DNA of 64,000 bases from positions 2,108,001 to 2,172,000 of the forward strand of contig OZ218965.1 in NCBI GenBank assembly GCA_965112735.1, read 5' to 3'. The notes under the pieces were generated by a model, which worked only from the letters and a program-made list of their open reading frames with translations, was not told where the DNA came from and ran no database searches. Positions within the stretch are counted from its first letter, which is position 1. Every line of letters starts with the position of its first letter. The position numbers and the translations under genes are program-made. Positions 25,440-37,281 of the stretch are shown in pieces. This DNA comes from Phaeosaccion multiseriatum (Eukaryota; Protista; Ochrophyta, other classes).

Positions 25440-26504
25440 CCGCGTGCTCAGACCATTCCTGGTAGAGGGCGTGAGGCAGCACCACGCTGGCTCGAAGACT
25501 GCGAGCAAGACTGCTGCTACAGCTGCGGCGAAGGCTTCTCTCTGCTGCTGAGACGGCATCACTGCCGGCGCTGCGCCAACCTCTTCTGCGATAGGTTTGT
25601 CCATTGTTGAAGTGTCTGTCTTTCTGTGAGGCGCGTGCTTGCGCGTACATGCCTCACCCAAGCTCCCTCTGACCCCTCCATCTTGCTCTCGCCCTTCCCC
25701 ACGCCGTGTCGTCGCACCGGACTTACTCGTCGTGCTCCTCTCCTCAGATGCTCCTCGGTCTCGGCCCCCCTGCTGGCGCTGGGCATGACCTCCCCGTCGC
25801 GCGTGTGCCAATCATGTGGTGTGGCGGCCCTAGAGGAGAACAGTTTCTTCGACGGGCATCTTCCTCTACTACGCAGGGGGGCCCATATGCAAAGGGCAGG
25901 GACCTTGCCGGGGACGAAGGTGAGCGGGTTGGCGGAGGAGGAGGAGGAGGAAGAGGAGGAGGAGGAGGAGGAGGAGGAGGAGGAGGAGGAGGAGGAGGAG
26001 GAGGAGGAGGAGGAGGACAAGGAGGAGGAGGAGGAGGAGGAGGAGGAGGAGGAGGAGGAGGAGGAGGAGGAGGAGGGAGGGAGGGGCGTCTCTTGCTTTC
26101 TGTGGTGTGTAGCAGTGCCATCATCTGTGTCACTGTCCCCCACCTCACAGCATGCCGTCGTGATCGGGCTCTCGGCGGATGGGGCCTCCTTGGAGCTCAG
26201 GCGGAAGGGGGGCCGAGGCGCACCCAGCGTAACCGTCATCCCCTTGCAGCTCCTGTGGGAGGTGGAGCAGGTACGTGGGTGGTGTTTGGTGTAGCACCCC
26301 TCTCTACCTCTCCCTCCTCTCCCTCCTCTCCCTGCCTTGCCACCGATGGGGGACGGGGGGTGGATTCGGATGGTACTTTCCTTCGCTTTCCTTCGCTTGG
26401 GGTTGCGCAAAGAGACTGACTGGCGTGTGATGTGTGTGTGATTATGTATGCTTTCGTGTGGCTCATAGCGCCTCTCCGCCATCTCACCCTGCAGCCCTCC
26501 CACG

Positions 26505-26543
<39 letters not shown>

Positions 26544-26953
26544 GGCCCTGTCTTTGCCCAACCGGAATGGATGGTGGGGGAGCGCAGCAGGCGAGAGACT
26601 GCCACTTGCGCTTGAGCTGGCATGCTCCCCCACCCTCGCCAGAGAACGCCCCAGAGGAGGAACACGAGGTGCACGGCCCTGCACTGGCGCCGCGTACTCT
26701 GCAGGGAACAGCGAGGCTCGAAGCTTCGTCCAAGAGTGAGGCCCTCAGTTGGATCAATGCATTGAGAGCTGCGGTGGAGCGCAGCACTGGGCCTTCTCTT
26801 AGGGAGCAAGTGGAGGAGGAGCGCAAGGGACGCAAGACGGAGCAGTGGATATATGCCCAGAAGGTGTTGGCGGCGGACGCGAGGAGGGCGCGGCAGCAGA
26901 CACGGGCTCAACTCGCAAAAAAGTACAACCTCGACGTTAGCAAGTACACTTGA
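25108..26953 (+). CDS. FYVE zinc-finger + PH-like domain protein (about 5 exons)
   Basis: Exon 1 MEGCLPCF..GLV|gtaagt; WLED..CYSC..FSLLLRRHHCRRCANLFCDR|CS..RVCQSC carries the WxxD, RRHHCR and RVC FYVE signature. C-terminal LEASSKSEALSWINALR resembles the PH-domain terminal helix. Confidence 0.9.
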
Positions 26954-27279
26954 TGTGACTGAGGTAGAGATCTCATCATAGCAATGTGCACGGCGTATCG
27001 GGGGGGGGCGGCGCAAACCTTTAGCAAGTACAGCATGCGTGCTGTGGTGCCTTTTAACAGATGTGTGGGGCTTTAATCAATTCACACTTTCTCTCTCTCT
27101 CTCTCTCTCTTGCTGACTGATGTATTCGAGTAGCACCGAGACATGTAAGTGTGTATCCCTCTATGGGGGGGGGGGAGGTGTTATTCGGGTTAGCGTGATG
27201 GTGATACGATTTGAAATTGTCGCCATCTGTGTTGTCCGGAAGGCTCCTTTTGCCTTTTGCTTGACTCCCTTGCTTCTTG

Positions 27280-28726
27280 ATGATAAAACATGTCTGGAAT
27301 GGAGGACGGAGTGGAGTACCTACCAACTCGCAAGCGGAGCGGAAGCATATCGTGCTTGATGGTGACGGAGAGAGGCTATTCTGCTACGGAAAGTACAGGT
27401 AATAAAGGAAGGAAAGCGTTGATGAAGAGGTTTTGTTTCCCCCCAATTTCCTCTCCCATCTATCTTACCTCACACCTGTTCTCGCTGGCAGGGGAGAGAG
27501 CTTCTCAGTGGCTTGGAAGGACAAAGCCTTTGTTTACTGGGCGAAAGAGGGTCTCCTGGAGGGAGATGATGCGTCCGATGAAGAGGCGCTGGAGCTCATC
27601 AAGTTCAACGAGTTTGTACGAGACAAGGAAGACATGATGGATGCAGAGAAAGAGATGCAACAAGAGAAGTGAGTTACACCCTCGTCCTCCTCCTCCTCCT
27701 TCTCCTTCTCCTCACTGACCATCCCCCCGCACACGCACACTCTGCCTCTCTCACCCTCACCCACACTCGATGACCAATCTCCTGCACTCCCTCCCACACA
27801 CACCCTCCTCCCCCTCCTCCTCCTCACTGAGCTGTCTCCCCCTTTCCTCCTTGTGGCACTCGCTCCGCTCTCCTCACCTCGGTGGGTTGTCTCCCAGGTT
27901 CACGAGCTCTTGCCTCCCTAATGGCACCTTTTCCCAGGTCATGGAGGAGAAGAGAGCCTTCGTCCGCTGTATGGCGAGGCTACCAGACGAGGCTCTGAAA
28001 GAGATGGGGCAGGACAACACCAAGGGGAGGGACATTGCGGCCTTTAAGTTCTACCTAAGCCTCCCCTTCCTGTCTCCCGACTCTGATACCACTGGCGACA
28101 CTTGCTTTGAGAGGGGGGAGTACAAGGGAGAGACATATGCCTCGGTCGTGGAGAAGCATGGAGACTACGTGAACTGGGCCAAGAGCAGGAAAAATCCCGC
28201 ATTCTGGTTGCTGGACTTTCTGTTCTATGTGGCCAGACTGGAGGAGTCACTTGGAGGAGGGAGTGGGGCGCCGCCCCCTGCTGCTGCTGCTGCTGCTGCT
28301 GCTCCGGCAGCGGTGACCGTGGATCCTCGTCCCGCCGCTCGAACAACAGAGGCTGTTCCTGGCGAAAACAATACCGTGCACTTCGGACGAAACCGCGGCA
28401 AAAAGTTCAAGTGGGTGAGGGAGAACGACAAGAGCTATTGCCAGTGGCTGCTAAGGCACGTGCGGTCGCCGGACTACGAGTACAATCGACACATGTCCGA
28501 CTTTGCGGTCTATCTGCAACGACGAGGAGACAACAAAGCGCTGGAGCGGGAGATACAGCGGGACGGCATCTCTGGGAGTGAGCAGATGAAGTTTTCCAAG
28601 TATTCTGACAAGACTTTCGAGTGGGTACGAGACAATGCACCCGGCTTCTGTGATTGGTGCAAGGCCCAGGAGAAGCCCTTTGGCCGGATAAATTACTTTC
28701 TTCGGTACCTGAAGCAGTTCGACTGA
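27280..28726 (+). CDS. Paralogue A: protein made of five 'F-G-K-(Y/H)-K-G..TF..V...D..Y..W...F..Y' modules (DUF3820 / ExoX-C-terminal-like, putative nucleic-acid binding)
   Basis: Exons 27280-27398, 27492-27668 and 27898-28726, both introns phase 2. Modules: FCYGKYRGESF..DKAFVYW, degenerate FTSS..TFSQV..AFVRC, FERGEYKGETYASVVEKHGDYVNW, FGRNRGKKFKWVRENDKSYCQW, FSKYSDKTFEWVRDNAPGFCDW. Start ATG uncertain (27280 is in frame). Confidence 0.8.
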
Positions 28727-29296
28727 GTGGACTCCGTTCGATCACCCCTCCGACGGGGGGGGGGTGGTACAGAGGTGGGGGGACTTGGTTCCATCGGGAG
28801 GCAGCAGGGCCTTTTGTATTTTGCAGTAAGTATTTTAGGATTGTAGGAACGAGGGAATTCGGGGGGGGGGGGGTAGCGGCTGTTAATATCATTGTTGAGT
28901 ATAAGACAAGAGACGTGAGGTTAAAAGGAAAGAGAGGAGGGAAGAGGGAGCCGATTGCGTGCCGGCGCACCTCGCTGTCAATTTCAGTGAAAAAGAGAAA
29001 AGGGGAGGAGAGGAAAAAGCAATTGGGAAAAAGATGAAAAGTAAAAAAAGGACATTTTGGAAAAAAACTTGGAATTTTCTTCTTCTTCTTCTTCTTCAGT
29101 CCCCCGCATAGCTTCTCTTGCAGCATAGAGCCCCACGGAGCTTCTAGTGCAGCTTCTCTCGTACAACCTTGAGGTTTTGCTTTCTCACGTGAGTACAAGT
29201 TGAAGAGCGGAGCGAAGGAGGAGGGCTGGGAGGACTTTACCCCCCCCCCTGCTGATTCTGCGTCGGTGCAAGAACAAGAGGTACAAGAAGCGGTGG

Positions 29297-30397
29297 AGGA
29301 AGTGTGGAGATAGTTCCTCCACCCCACTTTGGAAAGGAGAGACTCGGCGGGGAGGAAGAAGGAGGCGAGGGGGATTGTTGGCCGGGCGCAAGGCGGGACG
29401 GGGATAAGACAACACCGAACTGAAGGGGGAGTACTCAGTGCTACTCAGGGAGCCAGCGGGAGTAGTAGTGACAGCAGCGGCAACGAGGAGGAGGAGTTGG
29501 GGGGGGCGGGCAACCAGCAACCTCACAGCCTTGAAGTGCTGCACGGTTAAGGGAAAGACTTGCAAGGTGGAGGCACTCACAGATCCGCTAAAGATCGGCC
29601 AGTTCCAGCTCTCAGGCGGGAATCCTTCCATTGATGTCAAGTGGTTGTCAGTGGAAAGGGAACAAAGCTGTTGGGGGAGAAGGCGCCTAACGTCCTCACA
29701 TACAGTGACGATGGGCTCAGCATTGTTGAGTAGCCTGTCTATATTGTGCAGGCCCCTGCGCACAAGCGAGGTCTCTTGCAATTTTCTTCTGTGCCTCGTT
29801 GTCCTGGTCAAGAAACAGTACCAGGTTGACCAGGACAACGAGGCACAGAAGAAAATTGCAAGAGACCTCGCTTGTGCGCAGGGGCCTGCACAATTATAGA
29901 CAGGCCACTCAACAATGCTGAGCCCATCCTCACTGTACGTCAGGATGTCAGACGCCTCCTCCCCCAACAGCTTTGTTCCCTCCCTACTGACAAGAAAGCG
30001 CCGCATTCGCTCGGCGAACCACTTGAAATTAATGGAAGGAGTCCCGCCTGAGAGCTGGAACTGGCCGATCTTTAGCGGATCTGTGAGTGCCTCCACCTTG
30101 AAAGTCTTTCCCTTAACCGTGCAACACTTCAAGGCTGTGAGGTTGCTGGTTGCCCGCCCCCCCCAACTCCTCCTCCTCGTTGCCGCTGCTGTCACTACTA
30201 CTCCCGCTGGCTCCCTGAGTAGCACTGAGTACTCCCCCTTCAGTTCGGTGTTGTCTTATCCCCGTCCCGCCTTGCGCCCGGCCAACAATCCCCCTCGCCT
30301 CCTTCTTCCTCCCCGCCGAGTCCTTTCTCCTCTTCGAGATACTTGTAGATTCCAAAGAGGAGAGCTGCTGAGGTGGAGGAACTATCTCCACACTTCC
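29297..30397. repeat. Long inverted repeat (fold-back): arms about 29297-29811 and 29826-30397, 14-nt loop
   Basis: GGAAGTGTGGAGATAGTTCCTCCACC near 29298 is the reverse complement of 30372-30397. Centre ..GTCCTGGTCAA-gaaacagtaccagg-TTGACCAGGAC. The ORF track shows the same peptides on opposite strands (29438+ vs 29185-). Confidence 0.97.
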
Positions 30398-30992
30398 CGA
30401 GAGGGTCATGAGCAAAGAGGGAGGCGAAGACAGTCGGTCGGCGCTGGAGGCGACGCAGGAGGAGGAGGGAACAGGCGTACCGGTGGACGAAGGAGAGGCC
30501 AAACAATCAGACGAAGGAGATAGAGGGCAAGAGGAGAACGACGACGTGGCACTAGTCTCGGGTACCAAGTCTCGAGCGGGCAGAGCGCTGAAGCGCCCCA
30601 GGAGGGAGGGGAAGAGGAGGGGTAAGGAGGGGTGATATTTACTCCCCTTACTTACTTCCGACTTCTAAAGGTGGCAATGTGGCAATGTGTTCGCAAGAGG
30701 CAGGGCCAAGACAGGGAGGCAAGTGCGGCGCCAGAAGTGGCTAAAAAAGAAAAAGGGGGGGGGGGTCAGGCGCTGTCCCCTAAAGGGGTGTGTCCGCCCA
30801 CCCAGGTTTTACTCTTACGTAATCATATTCAAGATGGCCTTCCAGTGGTGAATGCGAGTTTCAGTTGTTGGAACTTTGAGCTGACCCCAAACTTTTTTTC
30901 TTCTCTTTCTCAACACATCAATCTCTCTCTCTCTCTCCTTTTTTCTGGCCTCTCCTCCTCTCTCTCTGGAATATCACTTCTGCCGCTCAACC

Positions 30993-32707
30993 ATGTTGTC
31001 GGCTCGCAAGCGCAAGAGGCCTCCCTCTGCGAAGGACAGAGTCTTTGCTTATGGTCCCAAAAGGTGTGAACCCTCTCTCTCTCTCTCTCTAAAAAAAAAG
31101 GGATCTCGCACTAATTTCCCCCGTCTCTTCCTTCGTGTTGCAGGGGGGAGAGCTTTGCCTGCGCCTGGAAAGACAAGAGCTTTTGCTACAGAGCGAAGGA
31201 GGGTTGTCTGGAAGGGCCACACCTACCTGAGGAAGGAAGTGCTGAGCTTGTAACCTTCTTGGACTTTGTAAGAGAGGAGGAGAACGCCATGAAGGTGCAA
31301 AAGGAGCTGCAGAGAGAGATGTGAGTAGCGTGGGGCAAACTTTGTTGATAGGAGGCAGGCAAAGCGAGGGAAAGCGGGCACCAGCAAGTGCCGGCGCCAA
31401 GCGATGAGGGGTGTGTCACCCCCCGCCCTTCCGGCCCAATCTCAGCCATCACCGCTCTCATGTTGCGCTTGTGCACGACTCGGTCCAGGTTCACATCACG
31501 GGGAGAAGGCTTCGCCTACATCTTGCAACACAGGAAGGCGTTCACGCGCTGCGTCAACAGGTTGAAGGGCGAGGACGTGGACGCAATGACCAAGGTGGAT
31601 CGGGTCTATGCCAACGAGCTAGCGGCATTCAAGTACTATCTCGGCCTACCTTCGGTATTTAAAGGCCCAGACAGCATTACGTCCGGCGATACAGTATTTG
31701 AGAGAGGAGAGCACAAGGGAAAGACATACAGCTCAGTGCTGGGGGATGACGTGTGGGTAGAGTCGGCGAGGAGCTTGAGAAAGCCTGGCTACGCCATCGT
31801 GGACTTCCTTCATTACGTCGATAATCTGGAGGAGAATCTTCTCGAAACCGCCCCACCCCCCCTTGACTTTGACCTTGAGGACGAGGACGAGGACGAGGAC
31901 GAGGACTTGGAGGTGGTGGATCTCGTGGACTGCCCCTCGTCCCCAGTGCCGAAGAGAAAGCGCACCTCCCCGCCCTCGGCGCCTCGCTCCTCCTCCGCCT
32001 CCGCCGCTGCCTCTCCGCCACAGCACAACTTGCCCGCTCCCAGAACGCTACAGGAGGACTATGTATCACCAACACCTCGTCCTAGAGCTGCTGTATCACC
32101 AACTGCTGCTGCTGGTGCTGCTGCTGCTGCTACTGCTGCTGCCGAAACTCCTGAGGGCGGGAGCCGGCTCATTACCTTCGGCAAGCACAAGGGGAAGAGG
32201 TACGGGGGAGGGCGTGGGTGGGTCATGGGCACGAATCAAACCGTTTGCGTACTTGGTTTCTCTTTTGTCGCTGGATAGGGAGTTAGTTTGGCTGGTTGGC
32301 TGGTTGGTTGGTTGGTTGGTCGGTTGGTTGGTCGGTTGGTTGGTCGGTTGGTTGGTTGGTTGGTTGGTTGGATGGCTGGTCGGTCGCGAAGCAGCATCTC
32401 TACCTGCCGAGAGAAGGGGCAAGGGGTGGTGGCTCCGCTTCCTTTCAAAGCCTGCCTGGCCTGACTCTTCTGTAGCTCACTGCTGGTGTATGGAGGGGGT
32501 GCGTATGCATTGACTTCCTTCCTACCGCTGCTACGCTACCTGGCTCCATTGACTTCAAAAACAGGTTCGACGTCGTCTTAAGGTTCGACCGTTCCTACGG
32601 TGAGAAGTAGTCTTGCATCGCTGCCGCTGCCGCTGCCGCTGTCGCTGCTGCTGCCGATTTGCGCCCGTCCTTCAGGGGCCTCTTTCTCTTGACTGACCGA
32701 ATGTATG

Positions 32708-32738
<31 letters not shown>

Positions 32739-32917
32739 CTCTTCTCCCTCTCTCTCTCTCTCTCTCCCTCTCTTCTCCCTCTCTCTCTCCCTCTCCCTCT
32801 CCCTCTCCCTCTCTCTCTCTCTCCCTCTCCCTCTCTCTCTCTCTCCCTCTCTTCTCCCTCTCTCTCTCTCCCTCTCTCTCTCCCTCTCTCTCTCCTCTCT
32901 CTCTCTCCCTCTCTTCT

Positions 32918-32948
<31 letters not shown>

Positions 32949-33365
32949 ACCCTCTCTCTCTTCTCTCTCTCTCTGTCTGTCTCTCTCTCTCTCTCTCTTC
33001 TCCCTCCCTCTCTCTCTCTCTCTTCTGTCCTTGTTCATACTTCGGACCCTCTCTCGGCCCCCACCCTTCCGTAAGCAGCTCTATGGGCCCTGAACCAGGC
33101 GCATCCGACGAACAATTTAAGACAATTTGTGGAGTATGTGCAAGCGCAGAAGCGAATAGTCCCGCGGAGGAGAATCAGTGACAATGAAGTCATGAAGTTC
33201 GGTAAGCACATGACGCAGACCTTCGGCTGGGTGCGTATGAATCACAGCAGTTACTGCGATTTCTGCAGACGTATGGACACCCCGAGTAAGGATGCGCTAC
33301 GCTTCATCAACTACCTGCGGCAATTTGACGCCCCCAACCCTCGCAACCGTCGCCGGATGTGGTGA
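30993..33365 (+). CDS. Paralogue B of 27280-28726 (five FGKxKG-type modules, N-terminal basic NLS-like RKRKR)
   Basis: Exons 30993-31063, 31144-31320, 31489-32199, 32565-32599 and 33079-33365. Colinear with paralogue A ([57 protein letters not shown]). The first two introns are at identical positions and phase. Confidence 0.85.
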
Positions 33366-34196
33366 GCGTCTGCCATTGATGAGTCCGAGGAGAGCAGAGG
33401 GTCCGCAGAGAATGTATACATCATTAGTCATTAGCCCCCCTTGGCAGAGAGAACCGCAGCGCAGACAGGAGCTGCAAACGGGAGCTGCCTTGAAGCTCGG
33501 GGGACAGCTTGAAGCTCGGCGGGCGGCTTGAAGCTGGGGGAGAAACGGTTACGAAGACGGTGCAAGCAATGAGGCGAGTGGGGCACTGCGGCCTTCCCCA
33601 CTGTCTGTGCCTTCCCCGCCGGTGATTGGTGTCTTTGCAACACTTGTCATGAGCATGATGGCTGCATCCTCGTCATTCTGTTGGGGGGGGGGGGGATCCT
33701 CAGCTCTGTCTGTCTGTCTGTCTGTCTGCCGCACCGACGCTGTGCCCGTGCTGGAGAGAAGCAAGAGGAAAGTTACGCATGTAAGTAAACAAGTAAGTAA
33801 GTGAGTAAGTGAGTGTAGTCAACGGGGCTGTGGTGAGATTGAAGCTGTCTGGCCTCTCCAGACAGAGAGAGCCTGCCCTTGAGAAGCCCTTCAGTACTAC
33901 AGAGTGGTGGTCAAGTGGACCAAGTAACAATTAAAGGATTAAAATTAAAGGATGCCGTATTTTTTCTCTCTCCCCAAGGGTACTTAAAGAAAACGACGTT
34001 TTCTTTAAGTACCCTTGCTCTCCCTCGCCAGTGCTACTCCTTCCTTTTCTATTCCTTGCACGGAGCCGCCCCAACAGCGACCGCTGAGTGAAGAGGAGGA
34101 GAGTGGCCTGGTCCTTCGCCCATCCACTGCCGCCCTTCGCCCATCCCCTCTTGTCTCCCCTCCCCTGGCCTGACCTGGTCTATCTCTTCTACTCGT

Positions 34197-35767
34197 CTAG
34201 TAAGTGTCTCCTTCGTCGTCCGTCTCCCCCTCCTTAGAGTCGCTCTCAAAGTCTTCGTCGTCGTCGTCCTCCTCCTCCTCCCCTCCCCCTCCCCCTCCCC
34301 ATGCCCCAGCACCCTCCCTGCCCCTGTCCCCCCCCCAGGCGCTTCTCTCGCCGTCCCCCCTTGAACTGTGCAGCAGCCCTTCGTCCTTGAACTTGGTGGT
34401 TGCTTGGTGGGCTTTGTAACTGTCAAGCTCTAGCAGCATCTTGGCCAGCAAGTCCGTCTGGGGAAGGTGTGAGGGGGCATCGACAGACATAGACATACAT
34501 ACATATTTTCAGGCGTATCAATCAGCGTGTGTCCTCCTCCAAACGACACTTTGACGTGTCCTTCTCAGTGCTCCTCCCCCTTCCCCTTCCCGTTTGTAAC
34601 GTTTGAAACGCCAGCAGGGCAGTGCCCTCCCAGGCAGCACAGCGTCCTCCTCCCTCCACATTTCCAACGAGAATGAGACGTACGTAAAACAAGCACACAC
34701 AAAGACAGACCACGTGTCGCTCTCACCGCCGTCATGTCCGGCCTTCTCACTCCCTCCCTCCCTCCCTCCCTCCCTCTCACACTCACCTGTATGGTGAGGT
34801 CCCTGGTATCGTTCTCGAAGCCGTCCTTGCTGACCACCTGCTCGTTCATAAGCCTACGCGCCTCCATGGCCACCCATTGTCGCTCCTTCATACGCCTTTG
34901 TAGCCAGTTGCTGCCGTCCTCCACCACCAGGTCATCCTCCTCGTCGGACGAGTCTGGATTGCCGTCCGCCTCCAGCCACCTGAGCAGCAGGGAAGGAGGA
35001 GTGCACCAAGGGTGGGAGGGGGAGGGAGGTATAAGTAGGGAGGAGGGAGTCGAGGTGCCATCGGCCGTTAGCCGTGTCAGCTCTCCAAACTCAAACTAGC
35101 TCGAAAGCGCTACCCTTGAGGCCAGGCATGGTGGGACCCAAGAAGAAGACACATGACGACGCGGAGACAAAACAAGAAGCAGAGGGCGTTCTGTATGACA
35201 TGGCGCCCCTCCTCCCCTCCCTGTGCAGCAAGCACCCACAAGGCGTGCGCCATACAGTGCCATCATCATCATCGAAAGCGTCGAAAGTGTCAAGTACCAG
35301 AGGCATGACCTCTACTCACCTCCTGGCCTCGTCGAAGTCAACAAAGGCGTTGTATCTCCAGTACTTTGACCCCGGCATTTGTGAGTCTGGTCCGGCGGTG
35401 CTTCCTGCGCACGACAAGCATCGAGTGGATAGGGTGGTGCCGGGGAGGAGCATACGGGCAGGAGCATACACGTGTGGGTACTCCGGTGAGGGGGTGAATG
35501 TGGTGGAGGTGGAGAGCGTACTAGGAGAGCAAGTATACCTACGCTCATGACGCCCTGCCCCACGCACCCAAACGCCCACACGCCCACCCACGCACGCACG
35601 CACACACGCACGCACGCACACGTACCTGGCTTGGCCCACAGCTCGTCTGTGATTTTCTCCTGAATGCCGCTCCTGCTGGACATCCACACCGCCCGCTCCT
35701 CTGACAGAGAGCTCACCAGCTAAGGGGTGGCACACGGCCGGGTCCACAGACGACAGGCGACAGACAC

Positions 35768-35818
<51 letters not shown>

Positions 35819-37281
35819 GGCAGGCAGGCAGGCAGACACACAGACACACAGACAGACACACAGACAGACAGACACACAGACAGACAGGCAGGCAGGCAGG
35901 CAGGCAGACACACAGACACACAGACACACAGACAGACAGACAGACAGACAGGAGGACAGCACATCAGAGGGGCAGCGAGCGGAACAGGCGTTTGCATGTG
36001 GAAGGACGGGACTCTCAACCACAGAGGGACGCGAAAAAGAACACAGCGGAGTAGATACGCTTCTGATACACAAGTATGCCCGTATGCTTCTGATACGTAT
36101 GCCCACTCACGTCTCCTCGCATGGTCTGCATCTGTCGCTCGTCCTTGTCGCGGATGTCTTTCCGCTCCTGCAAGTAATCCTGTCGCTCTTTCTGCAAGCG
36201 GAGCCTGCGCAGCTCCCTTCGCTCCGCGTCCTCCTCTAACCGAATGCGCTTCAGCTCATTCTTGCGGTCCCTGTTTTTCAGGTTCTGAGAGAAAAGAGGG
36301 GGGGGGGGGGGTTACGTTCGAGTGGCCGTGATAACATGCGCGGGAAAAAGCACTCTGGCGCGGCAGGGAAGGGGGAGGGCCGCCGCTGGTGGGGCGTGGA
36401 CAAGATGAACACGAAACAAAGGCACCAAGTCGAGGAGGGTACTTGTACACAGACAACATACAGTATACGGTAGGGCGGGACACTGATTGGTGAGCTGGCT
36501 GTGGTGTTTTATGACACCAGCGTCGCAGAATGAGACTTGGGCGCGCCGCTCCCTGCCCTCCTCTCAATCCCCTTGAGACGCCACGATCATACACGCCTCT
36601 ATGCAACGTACCTGGATGTACTCAGACATCTGCGCTCGGTCATCGAGGCTCTGGGCCAGCTTGTACTCGAGCTCAAACTTCTTCCGCACCAGCTTGAGGG
36701 CCCTGCGGTAGCGCTTCCGCTCGCTTGTGTAGGGGGTGTCCGGGTGATTCTTTTTGCGCTGCCCTTTCGGTTTGGGCCACAGCTCCAGAGGCTTCTGGTA
36801 TCTACGTGCGCCCCCCCCCTCTCCTGTCTCTACTGTGGACATCGCTGGTCCGCCCTCCCCTCCTTCTGTGCTGAAATGGGCCCCCTGCGTCTAGGCAGAT
36901 GGAAAAAGGAGAGAGGGGAGAGAGAGGAAGAGTCAAAATGGGGATATAAATCCACCCGCGCTGCCCGACAACAGCCTCCATGCAGCCCCGACATGAATGA
37001 AATGAGGGAGCAGTGAAGCCACCTTATGGCCATAAAGGATGGGAAGGCTGTCATCCAGCTGCTCCGTCCAGCTGCTCCATCCAGCTGCTCAACACAAGAT
37101 TTCCCCCCTCCATGATCGAGACGAATTGGCTGCAATGCCTCACCTTGCGCACCCCCCGACAAGCTCCACCCACCGCGTAACTACAAACCGGTGCCACGCA
37201 AGCCCGATGCCGTAGTCTTCCTCTTGCAGCCGCCGCTGCTGCCGCTGCCACTGCCGCTCCTCTCGAGCCAGCCATGGTCAT
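34197..37281 (-). CDS. Mitochondrially targeted coiled-coil protein, possibly mitoribosomal mS26-like (multi-exon)
   Basis: Exon 1 [29 protein letters not shown] joins TQGAHFSTE (presequence-like). [12 protein letters not shown], a charged helix and [20 protein letters not shown] recall mS26. Acidic tail ends EGDTY*. Confidence 0.5.

Noticed and set aside
27290-27398. Apparent frameshift in paralogue A exon 1 (the ATG at 27290 is out of frame with FCYGKYR)
   Set aside because: An in-frame ATG exists at 27280, so no frameshift or pseudogene call is needed; a 1-nt indel near RKR cannot be fully excluded.
126-30397. Functional link between exportin-5 (a hairpin-RNA exporter) and the long hairpin
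   Set aside because: They are about 23 kb apart with unrelated genes in between; there is no evidence beyond thematic coincidence.
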